Positions 25,548 through 39,449 of a stretch of 64,000 bases of DNA are shown here, in pieces (position 1 is the stretch's first letter; each line of letters begins with the position of its first letter). A program made the position numbers and the translations under genes. A model generated the notes under the pieces. The model saw nothing but the letters and a program-made list of their open reading frames with translations. It made no database searches and was not told the DNA's origin. Source of the stretch: Raillietiella orientalis (Eukaryota); NCBI GenBank assembly GCA_036172245.1, contig JAYWIR010000076.1:1-64000 (forward strand), written 5' to 3'.

Positions 25548-27245
25548 GCGGACGTGTTTTTCCTTCGCCCCCAATATAGTAGTAGGAAGGCTTCATCTCA
25601 GTGGTTTTCTAGGGCGGAATATCGTTGATGTCCGATAGCAACCTTGCCTGAGGACACCACGATGGAGGTAGGTGTGTGGGAGGCTTGTCCATCCCCGCAG
25701 CCTACTGGATATGGAGCAACCGTCCCTAGGTCATCCCCGGCCTCGCCGAGAGCATGGAGGGCCATGGTGGCCGCGCCTAGCGCGGAAGCCATGACGGAGA
25801 TGGCCGCCTACCGGGCAGCTTGGTACAAGCCTAGCTTAATATACCAGGTAGGCAATCTTTTTGATGGGCGAACTGCACTCGCCTTTACGAAGGCTCTGCA
25901 GAACGCCAACGTACTAGAAAAGGATCTTGACGGCTTATCTGTGCTTAGTGGGGGTCAACGCGTCGAGGTTGTCTGTAAGGACATTACCTTGGCGCAAACT
26001 CTGATCATGACCCTGCTGAGCATGGATGGGCACAGGATCCTGCCAGTCACGATGGACCGCCCCGTAGTGGAATATCTGACCAGCATCACCAGCCGCATGA
26101 CGCGGTCTGCGGTTGGTGAAGAATTGAAGTAGTTCGGTGAGGTACACGCGCTGTGGCTGTCACACCTTCGAGGACTACAATAGCCTTTTCAGGGGGCAGA
26201 CCGCCGCGCGTGTAACCGTGAAAGAGGGTGGAGCGCTATCTCACGAGCTGTAGGGCTGCCAAGAGCCGGTAGACCTCTGGTACGTAGGGAAACCCCGCTA
26301 CTCTGGGTACTCTTACACAGTAGGACACTTCTGCAAGAGATGCCCGAATATACAGTGCCACCTGTGCGGAAAGCGTAGCCACGTTCAACGCGTGTGCCCC
26401 AAGCGCCCCATTCCGCTGCCACCTGCCGCCAAAAAGGCGCAGATAAAATGGTGAAGAAAGACGCAAGACCTAAAGTTGAAAGTGACATGCAGAGGCTGCC
26501 AGCCCTCAAACTTAGACGCATAATTCGGAGGAAAGACCTTCCAAAGTAGTGGAAGGGGAAGAGGGCTGGCAGGCTGTAAAAATCCGAAAGGAAAAAAAGG
26601 TTCCGAACGAGGAACCCACGAAAGGGGAGAAAAAGCCGGCCGGTAAAGCGAAAAAACCTGGGCCGCTCTCAGAAACTCTGCGGCAGTGCACGGTGGCACA
26701 TGAACGCATTGCCATTCCCGAGGCGGCCACCCGGGGCGACAAGCCTCCCCTCGTCGTTTACGCTGCGTCCGAGGCTCGCGACGGCGAACCCTCTGTGCAA
26801 ACAGAGGGTGAGCAGTGCGACGCGCGAACCGACAGCGAGGACGCCGCGTTCGCGCAGGCGGCGGATGAGCTCGCGGCCACGCTGGTCGCGAGTGAGAAGT
26901 CCTCTCGCAAGGCCGTGCGAATGCCGGCTCCGGCAAAGAAGACCCCCTTGGTGAGTTGGACCTGGAGGCCGGAAGCACATACTCCCCCTCGGAGGCACCT
27001 CCAGGAAGTCGAGACCCAAGTCCCAGAAGCCCAGGAGGCGCCTCCCCTCCACCAGCAAGGAGAAGACGGAAGCGGTCGCCAGCGTGGGAACCCCGGAGGA
27101 GGAACTCCCACGCTCGGAAGCCGTCGAGCAGGCGACACCCCTGGAGGAGGGTTAGCAGGGGGGCGAAGCCCTCCCTCCAGTCGCCGTGCCTGAACAAAAC
27201 CGTCCCCAAGGAGGAGGGCCAACAGGTAGGCGCGTCACCACCTAC
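25548..27245 (+). mobile_element. Tx1-like element, family A, 5' end and degraded ORF1 only
   Basis: 5' motif 25550; MVAAPSAEAMTEMAAY..; similarity ends near 27245. Confidence 0.87.
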
Positions 27246-30200
27246 TGCAGCGCTTGCGCACTTGGAAGTCTGCTGCAAGTGGCTCCACCTGGATCCAGTA
27301 GTGTACAAAGGGGTTGCTGTCACCCTGAGCTGGTTCCAAGACAAAGCTGAAGAGCACTTTTACCTCTTTTCTTCATCTGCTCAGTGTCCCATTGCATCCT
27401 CCTGAAAACAGACCGACGTGACAGAGACTAAATTATTCTGAACATTTTCTGTTTGACGCGAACTGCCTCTCAAACTTGTTTCCTTCTTTCCTTCGAAATT
27501 CCCGTTCCGGCGTGAGAGCTAAGGAAGCTAGGGGGACAGATTGCATATGCTGCGCCAAAAGTTGCGATCCAAATTCATATTTTAGATGTTTTTCATCAAT
27601 TCATTTTCTTTTCTAGTTTTCGAACAGCGACTATCTTCAACAAATATCGTACTAAAAGTGTGCAAAGGACTCACGGATAATATTTGTTGAGAGATTAACA
27701 ACGGCTCGCTGGGAGTCTCACGATGTCTTCATGCTTCCATGAAAAATAGTGACGTTTTCTGGTTCTCCAGATCAAATAAACATCTTCAACTGAACTGGAT
27801 AAAATTTTTATTCTGGCGTTCCATGAGTTTTTACGTGGGACATGCAAACGTTGTAGAAAGCAAGATAGATGGTGTGAAAGTGCTCACACGATGCCGTAGG
27901 CGCATGCACACGTGACTGTGCATCTATTTGTACAAGGAATTCATGCATGCATCTCACGCTTAATACGAATTTATTACGTGGAATATCAAATCCAAATTGG
28001 AAATACTGGGATAATCTACGAGATAAAATAAGGCGAAGGGAATCATTTGGTGATTGCGCAATTTTTTGTTGCTGAGGAAGATAGGCTGTGATAGCAAACT
28101 TTCCAATAATCTAACGTCAGGAATCCACGTATGCTAAGCAAAGTGCATACAAAACTTGGTGCTGCCGCAGCTATTTAATACAGAGTTTGCGATGTGATCC
28201 GTTTCGACAAGTACATAGGATGCTATGGATAATGAGAATCTGTTGAAGTCAAGGCACATTGCTGAACAAAGCGTTTCTCACCATGTGAACTCTTCACTTC
28301 GTACATTAACAGATTTTCACGGAACAATGTACGGAGATTTCACAGTAGTGGTGACTATCTATTTGCACAAGTCGCATTCAGGAAGGTCGGGAAAGCTACA
28401 CCCACCTGGTAGCTAACAAATCTGTAGGGCAATCGAATACCCAGACGGCTTCGTCTTACAGAAAAGAATTCTCTGATTGCTAGCACGCAATTCATGTATA
28501 GATCTGTGATAGAGGAAACGTAGTCGCCGAATGTTGTGGTGCGCACCCGAGAGAATGGGATGCAAGTTTTGCAACAGACGACTACCCTGCCCTCAAGATC
28601 ACATATTTTCCTTGTTCTCAGAATGTGTTCGCTGCTTGGGAAGGAAATCTCACACGGTGCCTCTGTCGCAAGCGTGGAAACTGCAGATTCGCAACAAGCA
28701 AAACTATTTTCGTATGTAAAACAGACAACGAAAAGTGCCTTTCCTTTCATATTCGCAAAGACTTTGAAGCGTTGCTCTGTTTGTGATTTGGAGAGCGTTT
28801 CCATGTGTCCTATGATTTAGAGTGCACAGTCGGTGGACGTTCACTCTTATGAGCGTTCTATCAGTGCTATCAGCACCTGAAACTAACCTGCGTAGGAAAT
28901 CCATCTCCAGAAACTGTCAACACAACCACCTTTTCCACAGAAGGATTTCTTCGTGTACCTTGGTGATCGCAAGGAGTTTCTCAAGCCTGACTGATTGCTT
29001 TGGTTTGGTATTCACTGTTGCATTGCTTCCAACGTTGCAAAGAGGCACTCAGAATTTTTTCTGCTTTCCGCAATGGAACACAAACACCACAGATTAATGT
29101 GTGGATGAAAGAAATTTTGTCTCCAGGCTTCCGATGATTGATGAGTGACTCAGAGACAGCGGTAGTGACATCCGCATTTTCTAATGCAACTGGATGATTA
29201 ACTGAAACTACTGCTTGAGTTCGAGTACCGTTTCATCATCCGAGGACGACTGTCTGCGTGGGAACGAGCTCACATGCATAGGGAGGCACGCCGTACTGCA
29301 TGACACTATTTCAATAACAGATTTTTCGGGGTTTTGCGGGAACAGTTTTCATATCGCAAAGGGCGTCGTTATAAAAAGCGAATATTCCTTCTCGTCACCT
29401 CATTTCCATAAGGATCATTGTCCGTTGTCTCTTGAGACCTTTTACACCATGCTGGAGTCGGTAAGAAGGAGAAACAAAAAAGAACTGAACCTTAACATAG
29501 TCATCCGGATGTAGCTTCACTGCCACGTGCTATGAACCTCGGTTTTTTCAAATCAGCAGCGATGTGTCACCAATGATGTAAATAATGGCATTGATGCTAG
29601 TTGCGTTCCGAAGGAAGCAATACGATGACGGCGGCACAGCGAAATGTCGTCACATCCCATGCGCAGTAGAGAGGCCCCAATTGGATACGAAGTTTTTATT
29701 AGCGAAATATTGTCTTTAGCTCTCTTTACGTGCTTTGTTAATTTCGCTCTTCTTATTGCTTTTAGAAATTCAAGTTTATAGCAGTTGACCAAATCAGAAA
29801 AATGAAAATACGCATCAGTGCTACATCAAGGGCTTCTTCAGGCTCTCTGCTCCAGCTTTGATTCCCAGTTCGGGAAATACCTTAACCGGTTTTGGTATTG
29901 AAGAAGGCGTTTGGCAATGAAGCCCAACGCCTTTCGGGTAGGGCTCCACAATCCCCTACTTGCCGTAGGTGTTTGCATACGCAAGCTTCATGCCAGTACT
30001 TCTGCAGTGCGTCGAATTGCAAGTAACATAATCGTCAAAAGTTTCGCTGAGGGGTCTCAAAAGCGAACCTTTTACTTCTGACAAGCCTTTTTCTCTAGAG
30101 ACAGATGAATTTTGCGCGCGTTTAAAGCCAATGCCACCACAATTCTGAATAGGCGCTCAAAGATGAATAGAAAAGTCTCTATGGATTTTCCTAGAATATA

Positions 30201-33200
30201 TCCTGAAAGAGAAGACCACACCTTTCGTTGTCAAAACATGCAGCTATGCGATGCATCCGCAAACGCGGAGATCGCGTAATCACCATACGAGTCTTGTGGA
30301 TAAATGCATTCTGCAGAGATACTTTAACCAGTGGTTTTGAGTGTTAATAGTAAAAAGGATAACGATTTTATTGTTTTGGAGTAGGGTTTTACAATCAGTC
30401 GTTGCCTGCGGTGGTTTTCCATCTCCACGTTTTCCTGGAGTTCGTGTTGTTGCCATCAACATATTATAAGCCTTTGCTTTGCAAAAAGAAGAGATCAGCG
30501 TTACCATTCTGCTCTTGAAACAGTGTATACTTAGGACAGCATGCGCGCTCCTTTCCGCTGACACGAATTCGACGACCAATCGTTACCGTGTAGTCGTAAT
30601 CGTGGAGATGATGTTTTGGTCCCCGAACGAGTCGAAGCATTCTCTCCATACCAGATAAATCCGAACCTAATGGCCATGGAATGCAGGAATAACTGAAAAC
30701 GAGAAACTGCTTCTCGTGTTCAGGAATATCATTTACACGATCCTTTTTTGAAAGGCAGGACGAAGATTGATGCTGCTTTCGAAGTTTCCGCGCTTTCAGA
30801 GATAATATAGTGGGATTCGCAGTATGGGCGATTCTTCTTCCTTGGCGAAACTCCATGAGTGCTTTTGAATTTTTGTACCAAAAGCGCAGTCCAGCATCCT
30901 TGTTTTCACTTTTCCTGTTCTTGCGCTGTCTGGAGATTATACGCCTGTGATCCTCTAAGTAACATCTGCGTCAAGAAGTCCGTATCCTAGGTGGGAAATA
31001 GGCGGATCTGGTGATTTGAAAAAACTGGTTTCCATTCTTCTCTTAAATTTAATCCCAACGAACAGCAAAAGAAATCAGCGCCTTCGCACGGTCGCACGTG
31101 TTCCATCTTCTCAAGTACATTGGTTTCGTCCCAGTTTCAAGCGGAATTTCAATGTGCAGCCTTCCATACATTACTCATGTTAGTTGAGGCGCCTGTATTG
31201 GTTGCGCCTGAGAAGCATCTTTAGGTGCACAGTTCCTGGGAATACACCGCTTGTAATTTCGGCACTATTCTTTAGTCGGTAGGATTCGGAAGAGGTTAAT
31301 CATCCGTGCTGAGACGATCCATGGCCGTGCCATGTTTACTCCAGGCGTCCGATGCGTGTACCCCATTGTGATAAGAAAAATTCTTTATATACTCGCTTGC
31401 AGACGTTGCTAAGGCAAGCAGCATTTGCGAAAGGACACTTATTGTTTGTGAACTAAAATCGGCTGAACTATTGAAGATGATTCGCTATCTCCTAATGTCG
31501 CTGTTCATCATAGGGTCCTGTGGATGGACCGCTAAACGTGGCCAGATAGAACTTAAAAACTGGATACATGGCATCAATCCTCCGAAGGTATAAGTTGTTT
31601 TTGGGATTTCCAATCTGAATTTGGCCGGTTTGCTATGTACCGATGGTAAAACACCGTCTGCCGTAGGCAAGGAAGCGAATTTCTCTGCCTCTTGTTCGAT
31701 ACATGTAGCGTTTTCAAGTTAGAAAAATGCACTTGCGGCTTCGGAGAAGTCTGGAAAATTTGCTGCAGGACTAGCGATGTGTTGCGTCGAATGTTTGTTG
31801 AAAAGTGTAAACCGTTAAGGAGAGAATGATAGTAAGAAAGAAAAGAGTGTACTGAATGCAGTTGACCAATTCAACTGAATCTTCTTTGCTTCCAGAGTGA
31901 CTTCGTCTTTGACAGTTGCAGTCCAAAAACTAGGGATGTTCTTGATGCAAATCTTCTGGTCGAACCAGATCCGATACAAATCCCAGGAACTATTCACTTT
32001 CAGCTGAGTGGCGACCAGAAAATTGAGATCAATAGTAGCTTATCGGTAAGGGTCATTCCATGTTCACACATCTTCAATCCTTTCTAAACCAAGCGAACGA
32101 TCTGAGTGCGCAGTTTGTTGAGTAAAATTCCGATTCCAGTATGGGAAGCAGATTTCACTTATGCATTTCTGATTACAGGTCGTTATCTATGTGGTGAGAT
32201 ATGATTTTGACCAACTGACTAAAACAGCTTACCAGGATGAATTCTACGTTTACGAATATGAGGACATCTGCACGTTCTATTCAATAGTTGGAGTCCTCGG
32301 AGAATGTCCTTTATCACCTCACCAATTTGATCACCAGTTTGAAATCGATGTGTCGAGAATCACTTTTTCAAAAGGCGATTACTTCGCTACCCTGAATATT
32401 CAGCAGAACTCGCAAACCATTGTGTGTTACCAGTCATATTTTAAAATTGAAGTTTCATCTTGACATTCTGACAAATAAAGCCCATACAAAGTTGATCATG
32501 AAGCCTAAAAAGGTTTCTCTGTGCCTCACCACTTTTTGTCGTGCCACATTTCAACAGGTTTCCAATTCACCTTTTTACTAAGCAAAACCTATTGCCATTC
32601 ATTGTGTATGAACGAGACGAACGAAACATCTCTGACTCCTGCCACATCTTAATTGTTTCCAGACAAGCGGCGTACTTGAGGTATCTTCTAGGAAAAGTGA
32701 AAATTTCGACGATTTGTTGATGCGCTCGCATCACATTTTGCGGATCAATGACGTCTGAAACGAGCATCCACGCTGGGTAACCTAGGCTACCACTTCCGAT
32801 GATAGCATCTTCTCCCTAACATAAAAGCAGCTTGTATGTGTCACTCCTACCGGTTGCCTGTTTGAGTGAGGAGTCGGGAGGAATGGATCCCTATAGCACT
32901 GAATGGTGCTTGAGGAACGAGGCGCTGCCACGGAACTCTGTCAATGGTATGTATTTTCATGGTTGCCAAAGAAGGACACCGCATCTGATGTTTTCTTACG
33001 GTTTACCTCTTTGCTCCGTATTCTTTTGCGTTTTGAACGCGATCAAATTCCCGAATGCTCCTCTCTTCTTGCGTGCCAACTAAAAATATGGATGGTGTTG
33101 CGCCCTTTCAGTGATATTGTGCGTCTCTCCCACGACCTCTTTTTTTCGCCTTATACAAAAGTACCCAGACTTCTACCGCCTATTGAGGGATATTCTCAAC

Positions 33201-36019
33201 AACGTTTGCCGTAGGACACCTCCCCGTCCATAGCAACGCGTTCCTCACTTTCCATAGCAGCAGACTGGTTTCAACGTCAGGTCAACATTCGAAATTCTTT
33301 CGATTCCTGCATAGCGTTTCATAGAAACAGAGGAGGAAATACATTCAAGCGTGTTGCGAAACTCTACACGATCACGTCCACGGAAAAAATGGTTTGTCCC
33401 GCTTTTTACTAACGGTCTGATTAGTACACGCACGAAAAATCGAATAAAACTATGCATAAAACAAATTCAAAATGTTTGTTGCGAGATGGCAAAAGGTTGA
33501 CAGTGTGTTCGACTACGACGGGTTCATTGGTTGAAGATTGGATACAATTTCTGACACTCCAGATGCATAGTTCAACCTCCTTTGTGTTGACCGTTTCTGT
33601 TTGCAGACTGCGCGTGCCCTCAGCATGAGGTAAGTATCTGCTCCGCGGGGGACTAGCAGGTGCGCTTCACGAGCAAAAGGAAGCTTCACAATGTCTGCGG
33701 CATTGATATAGGGCATTTAGAGCGGTATCGCCAAGCGTACACATAGAGGCTCAAGTAAAACTCTGTCAGTGGTCAGTTTCGTCTGTCTGTCTTTTGGCAC
33801 GCCTAGCGCCATCATCCTCACTCTGCTATGTGCAGTGCAGGCGCTGCGTTTTCACGGAATTTCTCGGCGATGCAACAGCACCAGGCACTGTTTCTGTCAC
33901 CATGACGGAGGATTGCCGCTGTGCTGCAACGCAGAAGATCACATGAGTGTTTCCCGGAAATTCCTAAAAGCTTGCTGCATGGGAGAAGCCCCGTTGCAGG
34001 ACAAGCAACATTTCATTGCCCGCTAGCTTCCGTCTTATGCGCACGCTAAGAATCTTCATTTCTGCTGGAAAGCTACATGCGCCTGCAGTGGAGGCTGGAT
34101 TCAGGCGTTTCAACTCTTCTCCAAGTGTGGGCGGCATCAGCTCACGAACAAGAATCGAAATTGAAAGCATTTTGCTAGTGCAGGTAAGTTTCTCTTGCAA
34201 GGACCGTGGACTGTCCATGCCTTCCTAGAGCGGCACCTTTAGGATGCACTCTCCCAATGTGGACTTTGTGATCATCGAACGGGCACCAATGACTCAGACA
34301 GTTGCTTCTAGTCATCACAATGTCCGCTGTTCTTTGACTCATGCATGCATTACAAAATAGTTTACAGTTTGGCGATATTCAGTATGCAGAAAGCCTGCCT
34401 TTTTTTGATTGGCGACTGTAACTACAAACGGCCAACTTTCCGTCTTCCGAAATCTTCCTTCGTAGTTCGAATGTGCTCGTAGCATGCGGGACGTGTCGCT
34501 TTCCAAGAGAATTCATGGCCACCCCTCTTTCGTATGCAAAAACTGTCAAACGTGTGATGCACCAACACGGGCAGATTCTTTGTTGAGAAAGAGATTTTGC
34601 ATCCTTCCGTGATATATCGCGTCTTCTGCAAATGCAGATTTGGAGCCGCGCACTTGCTTGTCAGCAGAACGTGATGTCCCGCATTTCCACGCAAGGAAGG
34701 TGAAAGTCGCAAGTACATGCTGTTGCAAACTTTTGTACAGTGATCTGTAGAGAAGTTTATCGCTCAAATCAGAAAGCTTATTAAGCATACCTCTCACTTT
34801 CAACTCTGATGGTCAAGCAAACATCCCACCAAAACTTTTTAGGAATGGAAGAAGATAAATATTGAAGTGAAACAAGTTTCTCAACTCACGATATATCGGC
34901 ATATCTTACTTCAGGGAGTCTCCTACAAACATAAAAGAATTCGTTGGCTATCTCCATACAGATACTCTCAGATAGGTTAATCGGGCGCACCTTTACTATA
35001 CGCCCTGAAAGCTGGATCGTTTCCTTCTGTTTTCTCTTTTTTTACGCTGGTGCGATCTTTCTTATGAAGAAACGTGTTAATCCGTCCCGACTGGCTTCTT
35101 GGCCTTCACCGAAAAGGAGTAACGTAGAACGTACTTGGTCTGTCCACTAGGGTTCCTACAATTGCCCCAATGCGTTCTTCAATGTGCCAAAAAGCTACTG
35201 AGTTCAAAAGGCGGCGTAAGAAGGATGTACTCTCCGCGCAATCGGGTTCGTCCGAGCTCACCGTCTTCTCCGTCCAATGGCGTTGAACACAAGCTGCAGA
35301 GAAAATTTAAAGGCTAATGTGGATCTGCATCTGGTAAGGTAGGGTGACTCTATTCCTGCAATCTCTGGTTCTCTTCAGGAATGGTGCTAGCAATACCGCG
35401 CTGCTCGCTTGAGCGTTGCTGTCCTCGTTGCAGTGCACCACCTGTTTCAGCATCCATCAGTTGTCTGATTGTGCTGAGATTCATGAACTTGAGCCTGCCT
35501 TTAATCTGGCAATAGGATGTCCACGCTAAGGATGTTGGGGAATTCGGCTTATTTCCATGTTTGTTTGGACCTTATTTTTTTCGAAAAACTGCTCCATCTT
35601 TTCGGAAACCTTTTTTTTGGGGGGGGCATTGTATCTTCAGCAAAATTGTCAGTGCAATGGATGAATGGATGCACAATAGTTACTGTCGCATAGCATTCCT
35701 GGATCCGAACTCTTTTTTACGAGCTACAATCATCAATACAAGCAACAGCTAGCATTTTCTTCGCTTTCTGGAACATTGCGTAAGCCGAAATTTTCGATCT
35801 GTTAGTTAATTTTTTTTTTTATTTGCCATACTGAGTTTTAAATATGGCGTCGCGACCACGTTGCGCGCATATGGCAAGCTCTTGACGCGCGCAAGGTGAC
35901 TGGAGTTGATCCTGTACCCCCCACGCCGTGCTTGCATTCACTCCTGTACTGCCTTAGCGCTCTTTTGTGGAAAATTTCCCATTATTTGAATTAAATGAGA
36001 GCAAAGATTTCTTGAATCC

Positions 36020-39000
36020 ATGGAAGTTCTAGAACAAACTTTGGAATGCTCCTTTTTACACGGTATCCGTGGTTTATACATTTGCATTTCGTTTTCACGT
36101 CCACGTGAAAAGACCTTAAAGAACCTTGCCCATGCCCTATTCCTGACTGTAAATTCGCATCCTAATCCGAAGGCACAATCGTCCACGTAACCTGAAAGAA
36201 ATCTGACAAGTATGCATGTTGTAAATCCCCAATGCTCTACTTGCTTTTGTGACCAATGCGATTTTACTGCGGACCTGTTCCACTATTCCTCTGACTCTCA
36301 TAAATGTACCCACTCAATTCGAAATGTAAAGCTTCCTGGTTCCCTGAAAAAACTTAAATATCCGTGCCCGTCCTGTGCATCCAGCTTCGACCGTAAAAGC
36401 TACCTCTCTACGCACAATGGGACAACACATGGCACACATCGAGAACCAAAAAGTCGTTACTATACGAATTCTTTGACGAAATTTTCAGCAAAGAATATTA
36501 ATACCGAAATTCTTCAGGAAAGCCCTTTAACTTCAGCTCTTTGGGAACTTAACTGCACGAACATTACCTCTCAGGAAGTTGTGTTCACATTACGGAACGC
36601 TCAGGACACTGGCCTTGGAAATGATGTAATCTCCCACTCCTTCCTCCTAACAGCTGATCTAGACGGATCTTGTCTTGTCACCCTTTACAATGTTTGTATT
36701 CACCACTTGCGAATCTCTAAAGACTGGAAGAGTTCACGTACATTTTTGATTCTAAAATCTGGAGTATATGACCCCACAGATGTAACACACTTTCGTCCCA
36801 TCGCCATCTTCAACACCATGGGCAAACTGTTCTGTAACACCCTCGCGAAACGGTTGCGAACGTGGATCCTCAACATTGGAATCTTTGGACATCATCAGAA
36901 GGAATTTCTTCTTTATGATGGTGTTTTAGAACAAAACTTTGTTCTGACTACTCTAGTCGAGCGCTACCGTGTCCACCACAATGACATTGCCATCGTGTGG
37001 ATAGACTTTAAAGACGCGTTTTCCTCCATCGCTCACCAGCTCATCTTAGACACGTTGACCTTACTAGGGGCTGGTCATCAATTTCATTGTATCATATCCG
37101 TGATGTATTCGGAATCTACAACAACAATTGTAAGCACGGAAGGAACTACTTTCCTGATTCCAATCCTTTCCGGAGTACTCCAAGGGTGCCAGAAATGTGG
37201 TTTATTATTTAACATCGCGCTCGAACCTTTTCTCAAAATCCTGAGGCACCAACACCCCTCTATCATCTCAATTGCATATGCAGATAGCAAGCTCCATAGA
37301 CAAGCTACAACTTGCCATCACCGTATTTGCTGATGCAACCCGTGCTGCAAACTTACAAATCAACCCCAATAAATGCGGCTCGTCTCAACCCATGTGCAAA
37401 ATACATCGCTGTCTGCGATTGGTGCACCAATTCGGTCTCTTTCCTTCCAAGAAACGTATAACTATCTAGGAAAACCAATTGGTTTTAGAAACCTTATGCA
37501 TGATGGAATCGAAGATACGTTCATTACGCGCTTCAAAATTATTGCAGAATCCTCGTTAGCTCCATGGCAGAAAGTAGATGAAATTAGAACCCTTTACCTG
37601 CCATCTTTTGTAAACGACTCACGCCTCTGTACAAAACCCAAATCGTCTTGGGCCAAGATTGACAAAGTAATACGGAATGCGTTTAAGCAACTTATTCTTC
37701 CCTTACTCAAGGCTCATCCAACGAATACCTTTACGAAAGTGTCCGTGATGGATGCTTTGGGATAATGCACCTCGTCGAAGAAGCACGAACCATAATAGCT
37801 GACTCTGCGTTCAAGCTGTTAACATGCACGGATTTCCAAGTGACCGATCTTGCCTTTTCGACCCTTTTCAATGCTGTACGTAGAAAGGCTCAAGCTCTAC
37901 CCGACCTACTTCTCTTTGCGCGATACCTCAATGGATGCTCTTCGTCTTCTTTAGATCGCCCAAGTGGTGATTTCACACGATGCGGTTTGCATTACGGGAA
38001 GCAAAGAAACCTCTACCCATAACGTGGAACTCAGAGGATAATAATGTGACGCTCTCCATTTCCTTTCCTGAACATGAAAACCCCAAAATTCAACCGTTCC
38101 CACAACGTAGACAAGTAGCACAAACGATACGTGCTCAGTTTGAAGAGCAAAAAGGATTATCACTTCAAGCCATGCCAGACCAATGTAAGACAATGGAATG
38201 TGTATCCCTTCACCAAGCCTCCATGTCATTCCTACCCTTATGTGATGGATTCCGTTTTTGCAGTCTGGCGTTTCATACACCGCACCCTGCTAAACCAATT
38301 ATTTCTTAACGGAAATCGAGTAAAACGTGTGACCTTGAACAATGTCCAAATTGTGGTTATCTGAAAGAAACATTGGCCCATGTTCTGTGTCATTGTCCAA
38401 TCCAACTTGGAACAACGATCACTCGAAGACATGACTTTGTTGTCGACACACTGTACGAGATTCTCTCCTCTCTATGGCCTGTTGCCTAGAAACATCGCTG
38501 GGTCGATGTGCTGAACTACACCCTCCCTCCCAACATTTATCTACAAAGTGCGTATGCATCTTTGATAATCGACGTTGTGGTCTGTTTTCAAAATAGTGCA
38601 TCATCTCTAGAGCATGCTCGAGAAGGCAAAATCCGTAAATATGCGGAGATCCAAGCGGCGTTTAGGCAACAAGACCTATGAACCATCAACCAAGCCTTTG
38701 TGATCGAGGTGCTTGGGTCATGGGATTCCGAAAACGACAAACTCTCAAAATTGCTCGGCATCCCTTACAGAACAATTGCCTCGATTTCCTGACACCTATG
38801 CATCCAAATTATAAAGTTCTCCAGGGACATATACCTCAATCATATCTCTAAGCCCAAACCTCCTGATTATCCAACGGGAAACCTTGAAGGAAGTCTCCAC
38901 CATGAGAACCTGGACCAAGCACACACAGAGCCATTTTCTGTATCTCGAGAGGAAACACAAATCCACTCAGATTCCAGCATAGATCCCCCAACAGATGACA

Positions 39001-39195
39001 ACATTTACGAAGGCTCTACTACATTTCTAATAGTAAGAGCTATCCAGGTACTAACAGCTCTCTGAAGACGACTCAGATACAAAAGACTAATTAAAATGCT
39101 CCACATTAACAACTATGTACTCAAAGACTTCCAGTTCCAGCGAAACTGAAATTCGAAACTTGTAATAAAAACTGAACTTCATATAGGAAAAAAAC
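36020..39195 (+). mobile_element. Degenerate restriction-like-endonuclease non-LTR retrotransposon, NeSL/Utopia-like
   Basis: N-terminal C2H2 fingers (CPSC..H....H); RT motifs FRPIAI, WIDFKDAFSSIAH, GVLQG, AYAD, YLGKPIG, LAPWQK; WRFIHR; CPNCG..ETLAHVLCHC; RHD, IIDV, KIRKY, LGSWD; A-rich 3' end. Ends are approximate. Confidence 0.85.
36212..38850 (+). pseudogene. Single ORF: zinc fingers - RT - CCHC - restriction-like endonuclease; multiple frameshifts and stops
   Basis: ORF pieces 36212-37333, 37373-37765, 37765-38022, 37980-38309 and 38131-38364, plus downstream motifs read by hand. Confidence 0.85.
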
Positions 39196-39234
39196 GTAAC
39201 AGAAAATGTCGCAAAAAAAACTTCCAACCAACTC

Positions 39235-39445
39235 AATTAAAATACTGAAGAGCAAGGTTATGTAACTGTAGCACTGCCTGATACACCGCTATATTAGCAC
39301 ACTGTACACGTGGCAGCCGTTGAAAAAGATGGGAATCAGCGCGTGACACCAGCGAGTTGGCAAATAGGCCACATAGGGTACCAAGAGACCGAGACGTTCT
39401 AGGAACTCCAGAAAGAGATCCCGATTCACGCAGTAGAACGCCTGG
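39235..39445 (-). mobile_element. Highly degraded Tx1 RT fragment starting at the KAFD motif
   Basis: Reverse strand reads approximately QAFYCVNRDLFLEFLERLG..IFFNGCHVYSVLI*RCIRQ..LLFSI, collinear with KAFDCVDQ..GIRQGDSLSPLLFS. Confidence 0.75.
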
Positions 39446-39449
39446 CTTT

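Noticed and set aside
23637..25574. 645-aa minus-strand ORF (and similar long antisense ORFs at 3511-4623, 16915-17895 and 49552-50667)
   Set aside because: Shadow frames opposite GC-rich retrotransposon ORFs; no motifs, and not kept open in sister copies
30464..30856. 130-aa minus-strand ORF as a host gene
   Set aside because: No recognisable domain or supported exon structure
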